Both the position numbers and the translations under genes were made by a program. 54,865 nt of DNA. Origin: Coraliomargaritaceae bacterium (GTDB lineage Bacteria; Verrucomicrobiota; Verrucomicrobiia; Opitutales; Coraliomargaritaceae). The stretch lies in assembly GCA_965656495.1 (NCBI GenBank), contig CBFHKU010000008.1, forward strand, positions 27,739 through 82,603, written 5' to 3'. A model generated the notes under the pieces. It searched no databases. It worked only from the letters and a program-made list of their open reading frames with translations, and was not told the DNA's origin. This document shows, piece after piece, positions 1 through 7,990 of this stretch (position 1 is the stretch's first letter; each line of letters opens with the position of its first letter).

Positions 1-308
1 TATTTTGTTTGAAACGCGGAGGAGCAGAGGAGCGGAGTGGTTATTTTGTTTGAAACGCGGAGGAGCAGAGAAGCGGAGGGATTTTATTGTTTGAAACGCG
101 AAGTAGCAGAGGGATAAAAATATTTTCAGCTTTTTGTGTTAACCCTAAAAAAACTCCGCTCCTCTGCTCCTCCGCGTTCCAATAATCTTTTACTACTCTG
201 AGTTAAAAAACCTAAAAAATCCTCCGCTCCTTCGTTCCTCTGCGTTACAAAAACAATCTCCGTTCCTCCGCTCCTCTGAGTTAAAAAAGATCTCCGCTCC
301 TCTGCGTT
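1..308. repeat. Family A repeat array: three forward arms then four to five inverted arms (arm consensus AACGCGGAG-GAGCAGAG-GAGCGGAG)
   Basis: Forward cores start at 13, 54 and 95 (exact 41-nt period, each preceded by TTGTTTGA). Reverse-complement copies lie at 154-178 (perfect RC of 13-37), 222-246, 258-282 and 292-308 (partial), with a remnant near 193-204. The array may extend beyond the window start. Confidence 0.92.
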
Positions 309-399
309 TAAAAAAGTATTACTGGGGAAGGATTTTTAGCTTGTATTTGAGTTTTAAATTTTAACAAAATAGATATTTGCAACTATAAAAATTAATCAA

Positions 400-804
400 A
401 TGATCACGGATATTAGCAAAGAAAACAAGCTGAGTGAGGCGGTCATTGGGGCGGCAATCGAAGTACACCAGGAGCTGGGAGGGCCGGGAATGTTGGAGCG
501 GGTTTACGAAGAAGCGCTGATGCATGAGCTAAAAGAAAGGGGGATCAATTATACGAATCAGTTGAGTATTCCGGTGAATTACAAAACAAAGACACTGGCA
601 AATCCGTTTTACTTAGACCTATTAATCGAAAAAAGTTTGATTGTAGAAGTGAAAGCTGTGTCAGAGATGAATGCGATATTTCAGGCACAGGTACTGACCT
701 ACTTACGTTTATGTAATTTAAAAGTGGGGCTGGTAATAAATTTTGGGCTTCCTCGTTTGATCGACGGAGTGAATCGAGTGATCAACAACAAGTACAAGCC
801 TTAG
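400..804 (+). CDS. GxxExxY protein (PD-(D/E)XK nuclease-like fold)
   Basis: 134 aa. IGAAIEVH..LGGPGMLERVYEEAL contains G-x-x-E-x-x-Y, followed by YLDLL..IVEVKAV, QVLTYL and GLVINFG, all typical of the family. Confidence 0.92.
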   Translation: MITDISKENKLSEAVIGAAIEVHQELGGPGMLERVYEEALMHELKERGINYTNQLSIPVNYKTKTLANPFYLDLLIEKSLIVEVKAVSEMNAIFQAQVLTYLRLCNLKVGLVINFGLPRLIDGVNRVINNKYKP

Positions 805-915
805 GTCCGGGCGGAGACTGATTTTGGTGGATTGGGGGACGATTCGTCCTTGTAGTTCAGGCAGGGAGGGCTTGTTTTATTTTGCAGGCTTATAGAGAAT
901 AGTAGAGTCAATGGT

Positions 916-1755
916 ATGTCTGATTTATTAGAGGTAGAAAATCTTCGCATTGCGTTTTTAAATGAAGGTACGACCAAGGAGGTGGTACACGGAATTGATT
1001 TCACGGTGGCGGCGGGCGGTGAGACGGTAGCGCTGCTCGGGGAGAGTGGAAGTGGCAAGAGTGTGACTTGTTTGGCGCTCACGCGGCTTTTGCCGGAGGG
1101 GGGTGCCTGTCGCTTGAACGGTCGTATACGTTTCGAGGGGCAGGAGGTGCTGGAGATGGATAATGCCAAATTGCAGGCCTTACGTGGGGCGGGGATCGCC
1201 TATATCTTTCAAGAACCGTCTGCTTCACTGAATCCGGTTTTTACGGTGGGCTATCAGATCGCGGAAGCGGTGAAGCTACACCGTCCCGATATAGATGACG
1301 TGACGGCACGGGTGGTGGAACTGTTGGAATTGGTTGGCATCCGCGACGCAGAAAAACGGCGCAAGGCTTACCCGCACGAAATGAGCGGGGGGATGCAGCA
1401 ACGGGTGATGATTGCAATGGCGCTCGCCTGTGAACCCAAACTTTTGGTGGCGGATGAACCGACCACCGCGCTCGATGTGACGATTCAGGCTCAGATCATG
1501 GAGCTGCTACGGGAACTGCGCAGCAAGCTCGGGATGAGCATTGTTTTAATCACGCACAACTTCGGGATCGTGAAAGGTTTCGCGGACGAAGTGATGGTGA
1601 TGTATCAGGGAGAAATCGTGGAGCGCGGCGCGGTGGATACTGTTTTGGAAAATCCGCAACATCCTTACACGCGCGCCTTGATTGCCTGCATTCCCAAACT
1701 CGGCGCGAAGCGCGAGCGGCTAAGCACGATTGGAGATGCGATGGCGCAGGACTAG
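916..1755 (+). CDS. oppD: Oligopeptide/dipeptide ABC transporter ATP-binding protein (OppD/DppD-like)
   Basis: Walker A GESGSGKS, signature MSGGMQQR, Walker B LLVADEPTTALD, C-terminal PQHPYT. Confidence 0.88.
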   Translation: MSDLLEVENLRIAFLNEGTTKEVVHGIDFTVAAGGETVALLGESGSGKSVTCLALTRLLPEGGACRLNGRIRFEGQEVLEMDNAKLQALRGAGIAYIFQEPSASLNPVFTVGYQIAEAVKLHRPDIDDVTARVVELLELVGIRDAEKRRKAYPHEMSGGMQQRVMIAMALACEPKLLVADEPTTALDVTIQAQIMELLRELRSKLGMSIVLITHNFGIVKGFADEVMVMYQGEIVERGAVDTVLENPQHPYTRALIACIPKLGAKRERLSTIGDAMAQD

Positions 1756-3554
1756 GGGGCTTGGGTTTCAGCCCAGTCGCAATAGATTGCGGTATTCAAT
1801 TTTTTGATTTGCTTGGACTTATTTTCAATTGTGGCACTTTTCACGACGAGGGATACTTTCCAGTCGGGAATTTCACAATTGGGTTCAATGATAATAACTT
1901 GCTCGTCAGGGCGACGATGCGCGTTTTTGCTAACTTCAATTATTTCTGAGATCTTTGTTTCAAGATTGAGTGAGGCTAAGGTTTTTTTATTGAGATAGAG
2001 ATGAAGCCATTGACCATCTGGCTTGGATGAGAATTCTATCTTTATACTTCCATGAGGAGATGGAAAGATGCGCGTTTGTGGCTCGTCGATAAAATTATAA
2101 ACATAAAAATCAGCCAGACGATACGCATGGCCGAGGGTTGGTTCTGGTCCTGAAAATTTAAATTTTGTAAGGTTCAAGTCGTCGCCATTTATCTTAAGAT
2201 ATTCAAAAAGAAGGGAATATTTATTCCATTTTCGTGATTCTTTAAAATCATCGCCCTGAGGCGATGCGTAGAATCCGGTCAGTTCTTTGGTGAGGTTTGC
2301 CTCGCCAAAGGCTTCGATAATGTATCGAAGGCTGCTCTTTAGTTGTTCGGCATTTTCCGAGTCAAATTCTGTTTCAGCTGGCTGCAGGATTCCGTTTTCG
2401 ATCATCCCCAATTTCTCAGACAGTATATGGACGCGCTCGATTTGAGCACGTTCGCTCCAGCTGAAAACACTGAATGGGCCGGCACAAAGGGCAAATAATG
2501 TGACCGCGAGCAGAGAAGCGGGGATGCAGGCGGGGTGCAAGCGATGGCGTAAGATATGGATGAGGCTCAGTGCTAGAAGCCAGAGTGCCAGAGCAATGCC
2601 AAAATAGCGATTAATGGTTAATCCATAGTTATTGAGGCGAATCTGTAGCGCCAGAAAAAGGACGATGGATAAGGGGAAGATGAGGCGAAAAATCCAACGA
2701 TGGTAGAGTTTTGCCCAAGGGGTTCGCTCGGTTAGCGGTTCTGAAAGCAGGTATGTAAACAGGCTTATTAGTGCGAGAATTAATATTGGCATCGCAACCC
2801 AGCCATTGGGCCAACTCCATTGAAGGAGTATTTTAGAGACATAGAGATAGAGGATAAGGAGATAGGTAGTGCTAAGCGGTAAAGCAATGAATCGTAGGGA
2901 AAAGTGGAGGGCTTTGGGGCAGGCAATCTCTTTTTGTGGATCATTGGCTTTGGGTACGCCCCCTAAGAAGAGAAGTGGGTGGACTAGGAACGCGCAGGCA
3001 ATCCAGAGCTTTAGGTATAAGTCTTCTTCGAGATCTAAGCCAAAGAGTTTTTCCACACTTAAGAGGGCAATCGCCAGACCAATAAAAAGCACCGCTGCAT
3101 TGATGCTGCTAAAGAAAAACTGCAAAAATAGCTTAAGGTTAAAAGACCAGAGTCTTTCTTTACTGGATGTTGCCAGGAGGGGCGTAAGCGCAATTCCTAG
3201 GTGTGTGACCAGTAGGATGAGGATGGTGCGATACCAGTAGGTAGAATTTAGGTGGTACGCTTCGGTGGGCGTGTAATAAAAACCATAAGCGGCAAGAGCC
3301 AACCCCGCAATGACTGAAAGGCAGAGAGCAATGTTCGAGTTAAGCTTACGAAATTCGGCGCATAGTTTGAGCAGAATTAAGAATGGAAAAGCTATCCCGG
3401 CTCCAACAGCTATGCGATAGAAGACAAAACTTTCACTGAATTCAACGGATAGAATTAGGCATGCAGTGACAACGACGGAAGCAATGAATGGAAGGGTAAA
3501 GCGATGGATGCTTGATAGCGCGCTGCTTAGGGTAGTTGTGATAAATTTTTTCAT
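1752..3554 (-). CDS. Polytopic membrane protein, DUF4153-like
   Basis: 600 aa. About 10-11 hydrophobic segments in the N-terminal 370 aa, RLNNYGLTINRY motif, soluble C-terminus. Confidence 0.6.
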   Translation of the reverse strand: MKKFITTTLSSALSSIHRFTLPFIASVVVTACLILSVEFSESFVFYRIAVGAGIAFPFLILLKLCAEFRKLNSNIALCLSVIAGLALAAYGFYYTPTEAYHLNSTYWYRTILILLVTHLGIALTPLLATSSKERLWSFNLKLFLQFFFSSINAAVLFIGLAIALLSVEKLFGLDLEEDLYLKLWIACAFLVHPLLFLGGVPKANDPQKEIACPKALHFSLRFIALPLSTTYLLILYLYVSKILLQWSWPNGWVAMPILILALISLFTYLLSEPLTERTPWAKLYHRWIFRLIFPLSIVLFLALQIRLNNYGLTINRYFGIALALWLLALSLIHILRHRLHPACIPASLLAVTLFALCAGPFSVFSWSERAQIERVHILSEKLGMIENGILQPAETEFDSENAEQLKSSLRYIIEAFGEANLTKELTGFYASPQGDDFKESRKWNKYSLLFEYLKINGDDLNLTKFKFSGPEPTLGHAYRLADFYVYNFIDEPQTRIFPSPHGSIKIEFSSKPDGQWLHLYLNKKTLASLNLETKISEIIEVSKNAHRRPDEQVIIIEPNCEIPDWKVSLVVKSATIENKSKQIKKLNTAIYCDWAETQAP

Positions 3555-3598
3555 ATGATGCTTTATGCGCGGTTTAGGTGCTACTGCGGAGTGATGAT

Positions 3599-3787
3599 TT
3601 AGCGAAACTGATTTTGTTCCGGTTGGTAGTGGTAGTCAGCGGATTTGAGGCGCTCGATGAGTTCGGCGGGATCGAGATCATGAGTGCGGCAAAAATCCTC
3701 AAAGGAATCGCAGTGATTGCGGAGGGCGGTATTGACGAGACCGACAAGTAAATGGGGATCCATGGTGTCGTAGTTGGGAAAATCCAT
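3599..3787 (-). CDS. DUF4250-family small protein
   Basis: MDPHLLVGLVNTALRNHCDSFEDFC...YHYQPEQNQFR matches the DUF4250 pattern. ATG at 3787 chosen over the TTG at 3793. Confidence 0.75.
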   Translation of the reverse strand: MDFPNYDTMDPHLLVGLVNTALRNHCDSFEDFCRTHDLDPAELIERLKSADYHYQPEQNQFR

Positions 3788-3883
3788 TTTCAAATATTAG
3801 GGTCGGGGGTATGTTTGTGCCAAGTGGATTTTTCAGCCTTATGGTGTTGAAGGCGCTTTAAAAATCGCTGAGGCTGTCTGGAA

Positions 3884-4702
3884 ATGGAAGGTGATTCACC
3901 AGTAAGCAAAGCAGCGAACCCGCTTCTCAAGATTGAGGGGTTGAAGGTGCATTTTCCGGTGCGTGCGGGGATTTTGCAACGGGTGGTGGACCATGTCAAA
4001 GCGGTGGATGGAGTTTCGTTCGAGGTGCCTCGCGGCACGACAGTTGGTTTGGTGGGCGAGAGCGGGAGCGGCAAGACCACTACGGGGCGTGCGATCGCGC
4101 GTTTGGTGCCGGTAACGGCGGGCAGCATACACTATGACGGCAGGGAACTGGTCGGGCTGAGTAACCGTGAATTTTTCCCATACCGGAAAAAAATCCAGGT
4201 CATTTTTCAGGATCCCTTTGGGTCATTAAATCCCCGGATGTCGGTTTACAGCATTATAGCGGAACCTTTGGAGATTCATTTCAAGGAATGGAGTCGCTCG
4301 CAACGCGAGGATCGTGTTGCGGATCTGCTGCGAAAGGTGGGCCTTGATCCGGAGGCGATGCGGCGCTACCCGCACCAGTTCAGCGGGGGGCAGCGTCAAC
4401 GCATTGGGATCGCGCGCGCGCTGGCGGTGGAGCCGGAATGCATCATCTGCGATGAACCGGTGAGTGCGCTGGATGTCTCGGTGCAGGCGCAGATCGTGAA
4501 TCTCCTGCAGGATTTACAGGATGAACTGGGCCTTACCTATCTGTTTATCGCGCACGACCTCGCGGTGGTGGAGCATATCAGCGACGAGGTGCTCGTTATG
4601 ACGGGCGGCAAAATCGTGGAGCAAGCCAGCGCCGAGGCGATTTACCGCAATCCCCAGCATCCCTACACCAAGGAATTGCTTGCGGCGATACCGGAACTCT
4701 AA
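3884..4702 (+). CDS. oppF: Oligopeptide/dipeptide ABC transporter ATP-binding protein (OppF/DppF-like)
   Basis: [46 protein letters not shown]. Confidence 0.88.
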   Translation: MEGDSPVSKAANPLLKIEGLKVHFPVRAGILQRVVDHVKAVDGVSFEVPRGTTVGLVGESGSGKTTTGRAIARLVPVTAGSIHYDGRELVGLSNREFFPYRKKIQVIFQDPFGSLNPRMSVYSIIAEPLEIHFKEWSRSQREDRVADLLRKVGLDPEAMRRYPHQFSGGQRQRIGIARALAVEPECIICDEPVSALDVSVQAQIVNLLQDLQDELGLTYLFIAHDLAVVEHISDEVLVMTGGKIVEQASAEAIYRNPQHPYTKELLAAIPEL

Positions 4703-4719
4703 ATCTAGTCATACCAGCC

Positions 4720-4857
4720 ATGAAAAACCCACTGCTTACAAGCCTACTGCTAGCGACGCTGCTTATCTTTACGGCGTGTTCGACCACCACTCAAGGGAGC
4801 GCCTCGGTGGTGCTTATCTTTGTGGAGGCCGCCGTGGAAATCGTGAATCCTTTTTAG
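4720..4857 (+). CDS. Putative 45-aa small lipoprotein (below ORF-track cutoff)
   Basis: Translated by hand: MKNPLLTSLLLATLLIFTA-CSTTTQGSASVVLIFVEAAVEIVNPF*. Basic N-terminus, hydrophobic core and lipobox-like FTAC. It fills the whole intergenic gap. Confidence 0.6.
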   Translation: MKNPLLTSLLLATLLIFTACSTTTQGSASVVLIFVEAAVEIVNPF

Positions 4858-5540
4858 CGCACGCGAATCGGGATAACAATTTCCGCTTGGTCGGGCGTTT
4901 GAACAAAGAGTTTACCGAAACCGGGGGCATCGCCTTGCAGGCTGAGACTGAGGGTGCGTGCTCCGGCGGGGAAGCGGGCTTCCGGCATGATCACGCTTTG
5001 CGGTACATCGGTGGTAACACGGATGGGCAGACCACCGGCGGGCGCGGGCTGCGCGAGTTCAAAGGCGATGGTCTGGCCTTGGCCTGAGCGCAGGTCGATG
5101 CTGGATGGAATGACCCGCAAGAATGCGCTGTTCTTGTTGTTGGAGGCTGCTTGCGGCGCAAGCACCCGCAAGGTTTGCACTTCGGTCTGCGCCTTTTGAA
5201 TTTCGTCGGGCGTATTATCCCTGAGGAGCTGGTATTGCATCTCAAAGTAATAGAGCGCCTCGGAACGGTTCGCAGGCAGGCTGTATTCGTATTCGTAGAA
5301 GCCGCCGCCGTCGGGGTGGGGCTGCATGCGATGGGTTTTGCCGTCAATGACGACATAGGTTTCCAGGGAATCGCGGTTTACGAGCGCATCGGTCAAGGCA
5401 ACCCGCGCGCTAAGGGTATAGAGTCCGGACGCCGAACGCGGGAGGGTTTCGGGCGTGTTGTTGAGGATCGCGACGGAGCAGCCGCTGAAAAAAAGCGACG
5501 CGATTGAGGCGAGTAGAGTAAAAATGCGCTTGGCTTTCAT
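4854..5540 (-). CDS. Hypothetical lipoprotein with probable beta-sandwich domains
   Basis: MKAKRIFTLLASIASLFFSG-C signal peptide II. Start moved to ATG 5540 to avoid overlap with hemW. Confidence 0.7.
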   Translation of the reverse strand: MKAKRIFTLLASIASLFFSGCSVAILNNTPETLPRSASGLYTLSARVALTDALVNRDSLETYVVIDGKTHRMQPHPDGGGFYEYEYSLPANRSEALYYFEMQYQLLRDNTPDEIQKAQTEVQTLRVLAPQAASNNKNSAFLRVIPSSIDLRSGQGQTIAFELAQPAPAGGLPIRVTTDVPQSVIMPEARFPAGARTLSLSLQGDAPGFGKLFVQTPDQAEIVIPIRVR

Positions 5541-5568
5541 GTACGTGGATGAAGATATGGTTTTGTCT

Positions 5569-6723
5569 ATGTTATCGCAAGGAAAAGAGTCGGGACCTCT
5601 GGGTCTATATGTGCATGTGCCTTTCTGCGCCTCCACCTGTGACTTCTGTGCTTTTTATCAGGAGAAACCCCGGCGGGGGGATCTCGACCGTTACCTTGCA
5701 GCGATGGAGCTTGAATTTTCCAAGCTGCCGCAGGATCGGATTGTAGAGACGGTCTTTTGGGGTGGGGGGACGCCGGGCTTGCTGGCTGCCAAAGACCTTG
5801 AGCGACTTGGCAGGGCGCAACTCCAGCGCCTCGGGGCTGCGCCGGCTGAATGGACCATTGAAATGGCTCCCTCCACTGTGAAACCCGACAAACTCGCGGT
5901 GCTTCGCGATCTCGGGGTCACCCGTATTTCGATGGGCGTTCAAAGCTTCGATGCCAAGCTCCTTGACTCGCTGGGTCGCCTGCATCAACCCAAGCAAATC
6001 TATCAAGCTTGGGAGCGCATTCAGGCGGCGGGCTTTGCGCACACGAACCTCGATCTTATTTTTGCGATTCCCAATCAAACCCAGGCACAATGGGAATCCG
6101 ATTTGCGCGAGGCCGCCCGCCTTGCGCCCGACCATATTTCCACTTATTGCCTGACTTTCGAGGAAGACACCGCCCTCTATGTAAAACTCTCGCAGGGCAA
6201 AGTTCGCATAGACGACGAGCGCGACGCGCAGTTCTACGAACGCGGATGGGACTTGCTCGCGGAACTCGGCTACGCGCAATACGAGATTTCCAACTTCTCA
6301 AAACCCGGCGGGGAATGCCGTCATAATCTCAACACCTGGCGCATGCATGAATGGATCGGCTGTGGCCCCTCCGCCGCCAGTCAATACGCCGGTCGGCGCT
6401 ATCAACGCCCCGCCAACCTCGATCAATGGCTCGCCGGGACGGAGTCGGGAGTGCCGCCCCGGGAGGACGAAGTGGTTTTAAACGATCGCCTCCTCTTAAC
6501 CGATGCGGTGGTGTTTGGACTGCGGATGAACGCCGGCATCGACCTCGGCGAGCTCAAGCATCGTTTTCCGGCTGCGGGGGAACTCAGTTCACTGCGTGCA
6601 CCATTGCAAAAATACCTCGATGAAGGCCTTTTGAATGTGGTGGGTCAGGAATATAGCCTCACACGACGCGGGCGTCTCCTCGCGGACGCGATCGGGAGCG
6701 ATATTTTGCAGCAAATCAATTAG
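5569..6723 (+). CDS. hemW: Radical SAM heme chaperone HemW (HemN-like)
   Basis: LYVHVPFCASTCDFCAF (CxxxCxxC), GGGTP, RISMGVQSF, YEISNF, CRHNLNTW. Start estimated. Confidence 0.85.
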   Translation: MLSQGKESGPLGLYVHVPFCASTCDFCAFYQEKPRRGDLDRYLAAMELEFSKLPQDRIVETVFWGGGTPGLLAAKDLERLGRAQLQRLGAAPAEWTIEMAPSTVKPDKLAVLRDLGVTRISMGVQSFDAKLLDSLGRLHQPKQIYQAWERIQAAGFAHTNLDLIFAIPNQTQAQWESDLREAARLAPDHISTYCLTFEEDTALYVKLSQGKVRIDDERDAQFYERGWDLLAELGYAQYEISNFSKPGGECRHNLNTWRMHEWIGCGPSAASQYAGRRYQRPANLDQWLAGTESGVPPREDEVVLNDRLLLTDAVVFGLRMNAGIDLGELKHRFPAAGELSSLRAPLQKYLDEGLLNVVGQEYSLTRRGRLLADAIGSDILQQIN

Positions 6724-6769
6724 GTTTATTTTTGTAAGGTCTGAAGACGAGGAACGTATAGTCTAAGCT

Positions 6770-7288
6770 ATGCGTTACCTAACTATTCTACTCTTTTCTC
6801 AATTCCTGAGTTTCACTGCGGCATTCGCGGTGATTGATATATATCTCGAGAACGTTGGTTCTTCGTCTCCCTATTATAAATTCTATTCCGATTCCAACAA
6901 AACCATTGAATATGACTTCTTGGGTGGGTCGGATACCTTAAACGTCAATCAAAGCTATCGGTTCTTCCGCGAAAGCACTGCAACGGGACATCCTTTTTTC
7001 ATCAGTGATGATCACGCCAATGCCTCAAATTTAACCAATGGTAGCGGACCGAGTAGTGACATCAGTCTCACTGGCAATGGCAGCTACACCAGCGGAATCG
7101 GAGCCAATCAGGCACTGACCCTCAGTTTCAACAGCGGTTTCGACGTGGGCAGCGACAAACTTTATTATTATTGCACTGCGCATCCGTCCATGGTCGGACA
7201 ATTCACAGTTGTGCCCGAACCGTCCACCTACGCACTGCTTGCTGGGGGCATGGCGATTGGGGTCGCGATCTATCGCCGGCGCAAATAG
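6770..7288 (+). CDS. PEP-CTERM-sorted protein with cupredoxin-like copper motif
   Basis: N-terminal signal peptide, GHPF...YYYCTAHPSM, then VPEPSTYALLAGG-TM-RRRK tail. Confidence 0.85.
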   Translation: MRYLTILLFSQFLSFTAAFAVIDIYLENVGSSSPYYKFYSDSNKTIEYDFLGGSDTLNVNQSYRFFRESTATGHPFFISDDHANASNLTNGSGPSSDISLTGNGSYTSGIGANQALTLSFNSGFDVGSDKLYYYCTAHPSMVGQFTVVPEPSTYALLAGGMAIGVAIYRRRK

Positions 7289-7312
7289 CGCTTACCTTTC
7301 GTTAAAATTTTC

Positions 7313-7340
7313 AAGCCCGCGTCCTGCGGGCTTTTTTTTT
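7313..7340 (+). terminator. Intrinsic terminator after the PEP-CTERM gene
   Basis: AAGCCCGC-gtcct-GCGGGCTT followed by a T run. Confidence 0.88.
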
Positions 7341-7355
7341 GGGCGTTGGGGTTTA

Positions 7356-7385
7356 AACCGCAGATGGGCGCAGATGAGCGCAGAT
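7356..7385 (+). repeat. Family B arm downstream of GxxExxY gene 2
   Basis: AACCGCAGAT-GGGCGCAGAT-GAGCGCAGAT (10-nt period). A decayed remnant lies at about 7401-7418. Confidence 0.88.
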
Positions 7386-7418
7386 GTTTTTTGGGTGGGG
7401 TAGATGCGGAGATGGGCG

Positions 7419-7817
7419 CTATGGTTTGGGGTTGTTGATGTAACGTTTGTATTCGAGGCGAGGGGATCCGAAGTTTATGAGGAGGGCGCGACGGAAGCCG
7501 GTTGCCTTTAGGTAGTGGAGCACTTGAGCGGTTTCGATATCGCCGAGTGCCTTGATGGTCTTCAATTCGACAATGATGTCTTCGTAACAGACAAAGTCAG
7601 CGCGGTAGGGCGTATTCAAGCTTCGCCCCTTGTAGTGGATAGGAATGGGGTATTCCCTGATTGAAGGAATGGCCCGTTCCGTCAGCTCCAGCTCGATGGC
7701 GTCCTGATAGACGGCTTCGAGGAAACCAGACCCGAGCTCCCGGTGCACCTCCATAGCTGCGCCGATAATGGCATAAGTCTCGGGGTCTTTCTTTGAATCT
7801 GCGTTCATCTGCGACAT
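7419..7817 (-). CDS. GxxExxY protein (PD-(D/E)XK nuclease-like fold)
   Basis: 132 aa. IIGAAMEVHRELGSGFLEAVYQDA, YRADFVC..IIVELK, QVLHYLKATG, LLINFG. Confidence 0.93.
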   Translation of the reverse strand: MSQMNADSKKDPETYAIIGAAMEVHRELGSGFLEAVYQDAIELELTERAIPSIREYPIPIHYKGRSLNTPYRADFVCYEDIIVELKTIKALGDIETAQVLHYLKATGFRRALLINFGSPRLEYKRYINNPKP

Positions 7818-7825
7818 CTGTGGTT
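7797..7825 (-). repeat. Family B arm overlapping the start of GxxExxY gene 2, inverted relative to 7356-7385
   Basis: Minus strand reads AACCACAGAT-GTCGCAGAT-GAACGCAGAT and encodes the N-terminal MSQMNAD. Confidence 0.88.
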
Positions 7826-7990
7826 CTACTCCTAAAGGTATTAGCTAAGATAGCTTAGGAACAGGGGTCGCTGGGGCGGTGCGGCTATCGAAGGAACCTT
7901 GCACCTGCCAAGGAATTTGCAATTAAAAATTCTTAAAGTGAGTTTAAGGCCCTCAATAATAAATAGTTTTTGAGGCAGCGGCTTGAAGCT

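Noticed and set aside
1..308. CRISPR array
   Set aside because: The intervening sequences are short and nearly identical rather than unique spacers, repeats occur in both orientations, and no cas genes are in the window.
4680..5087. 135-aa plus-strand ORF in the track
   Set aside because: It overlaps both oppF and the minus-strand lipoprotein. The 45-aa lipoprotein frame explains the gap better.
7345..7835. Classical IS element with target-site duplication
   Set aside because: No DDE or HUH transposase motif, and the flanks (GGGGTTTA / CTACTCC) show no direct duplication.
7899..7915. Sigma-54 promoter for GxxExxY gene 2 (TGGCAGGTGCAA, minus strand)
   Set aside because: GG-to-GC spacing is far shorter than the required 10 nt.
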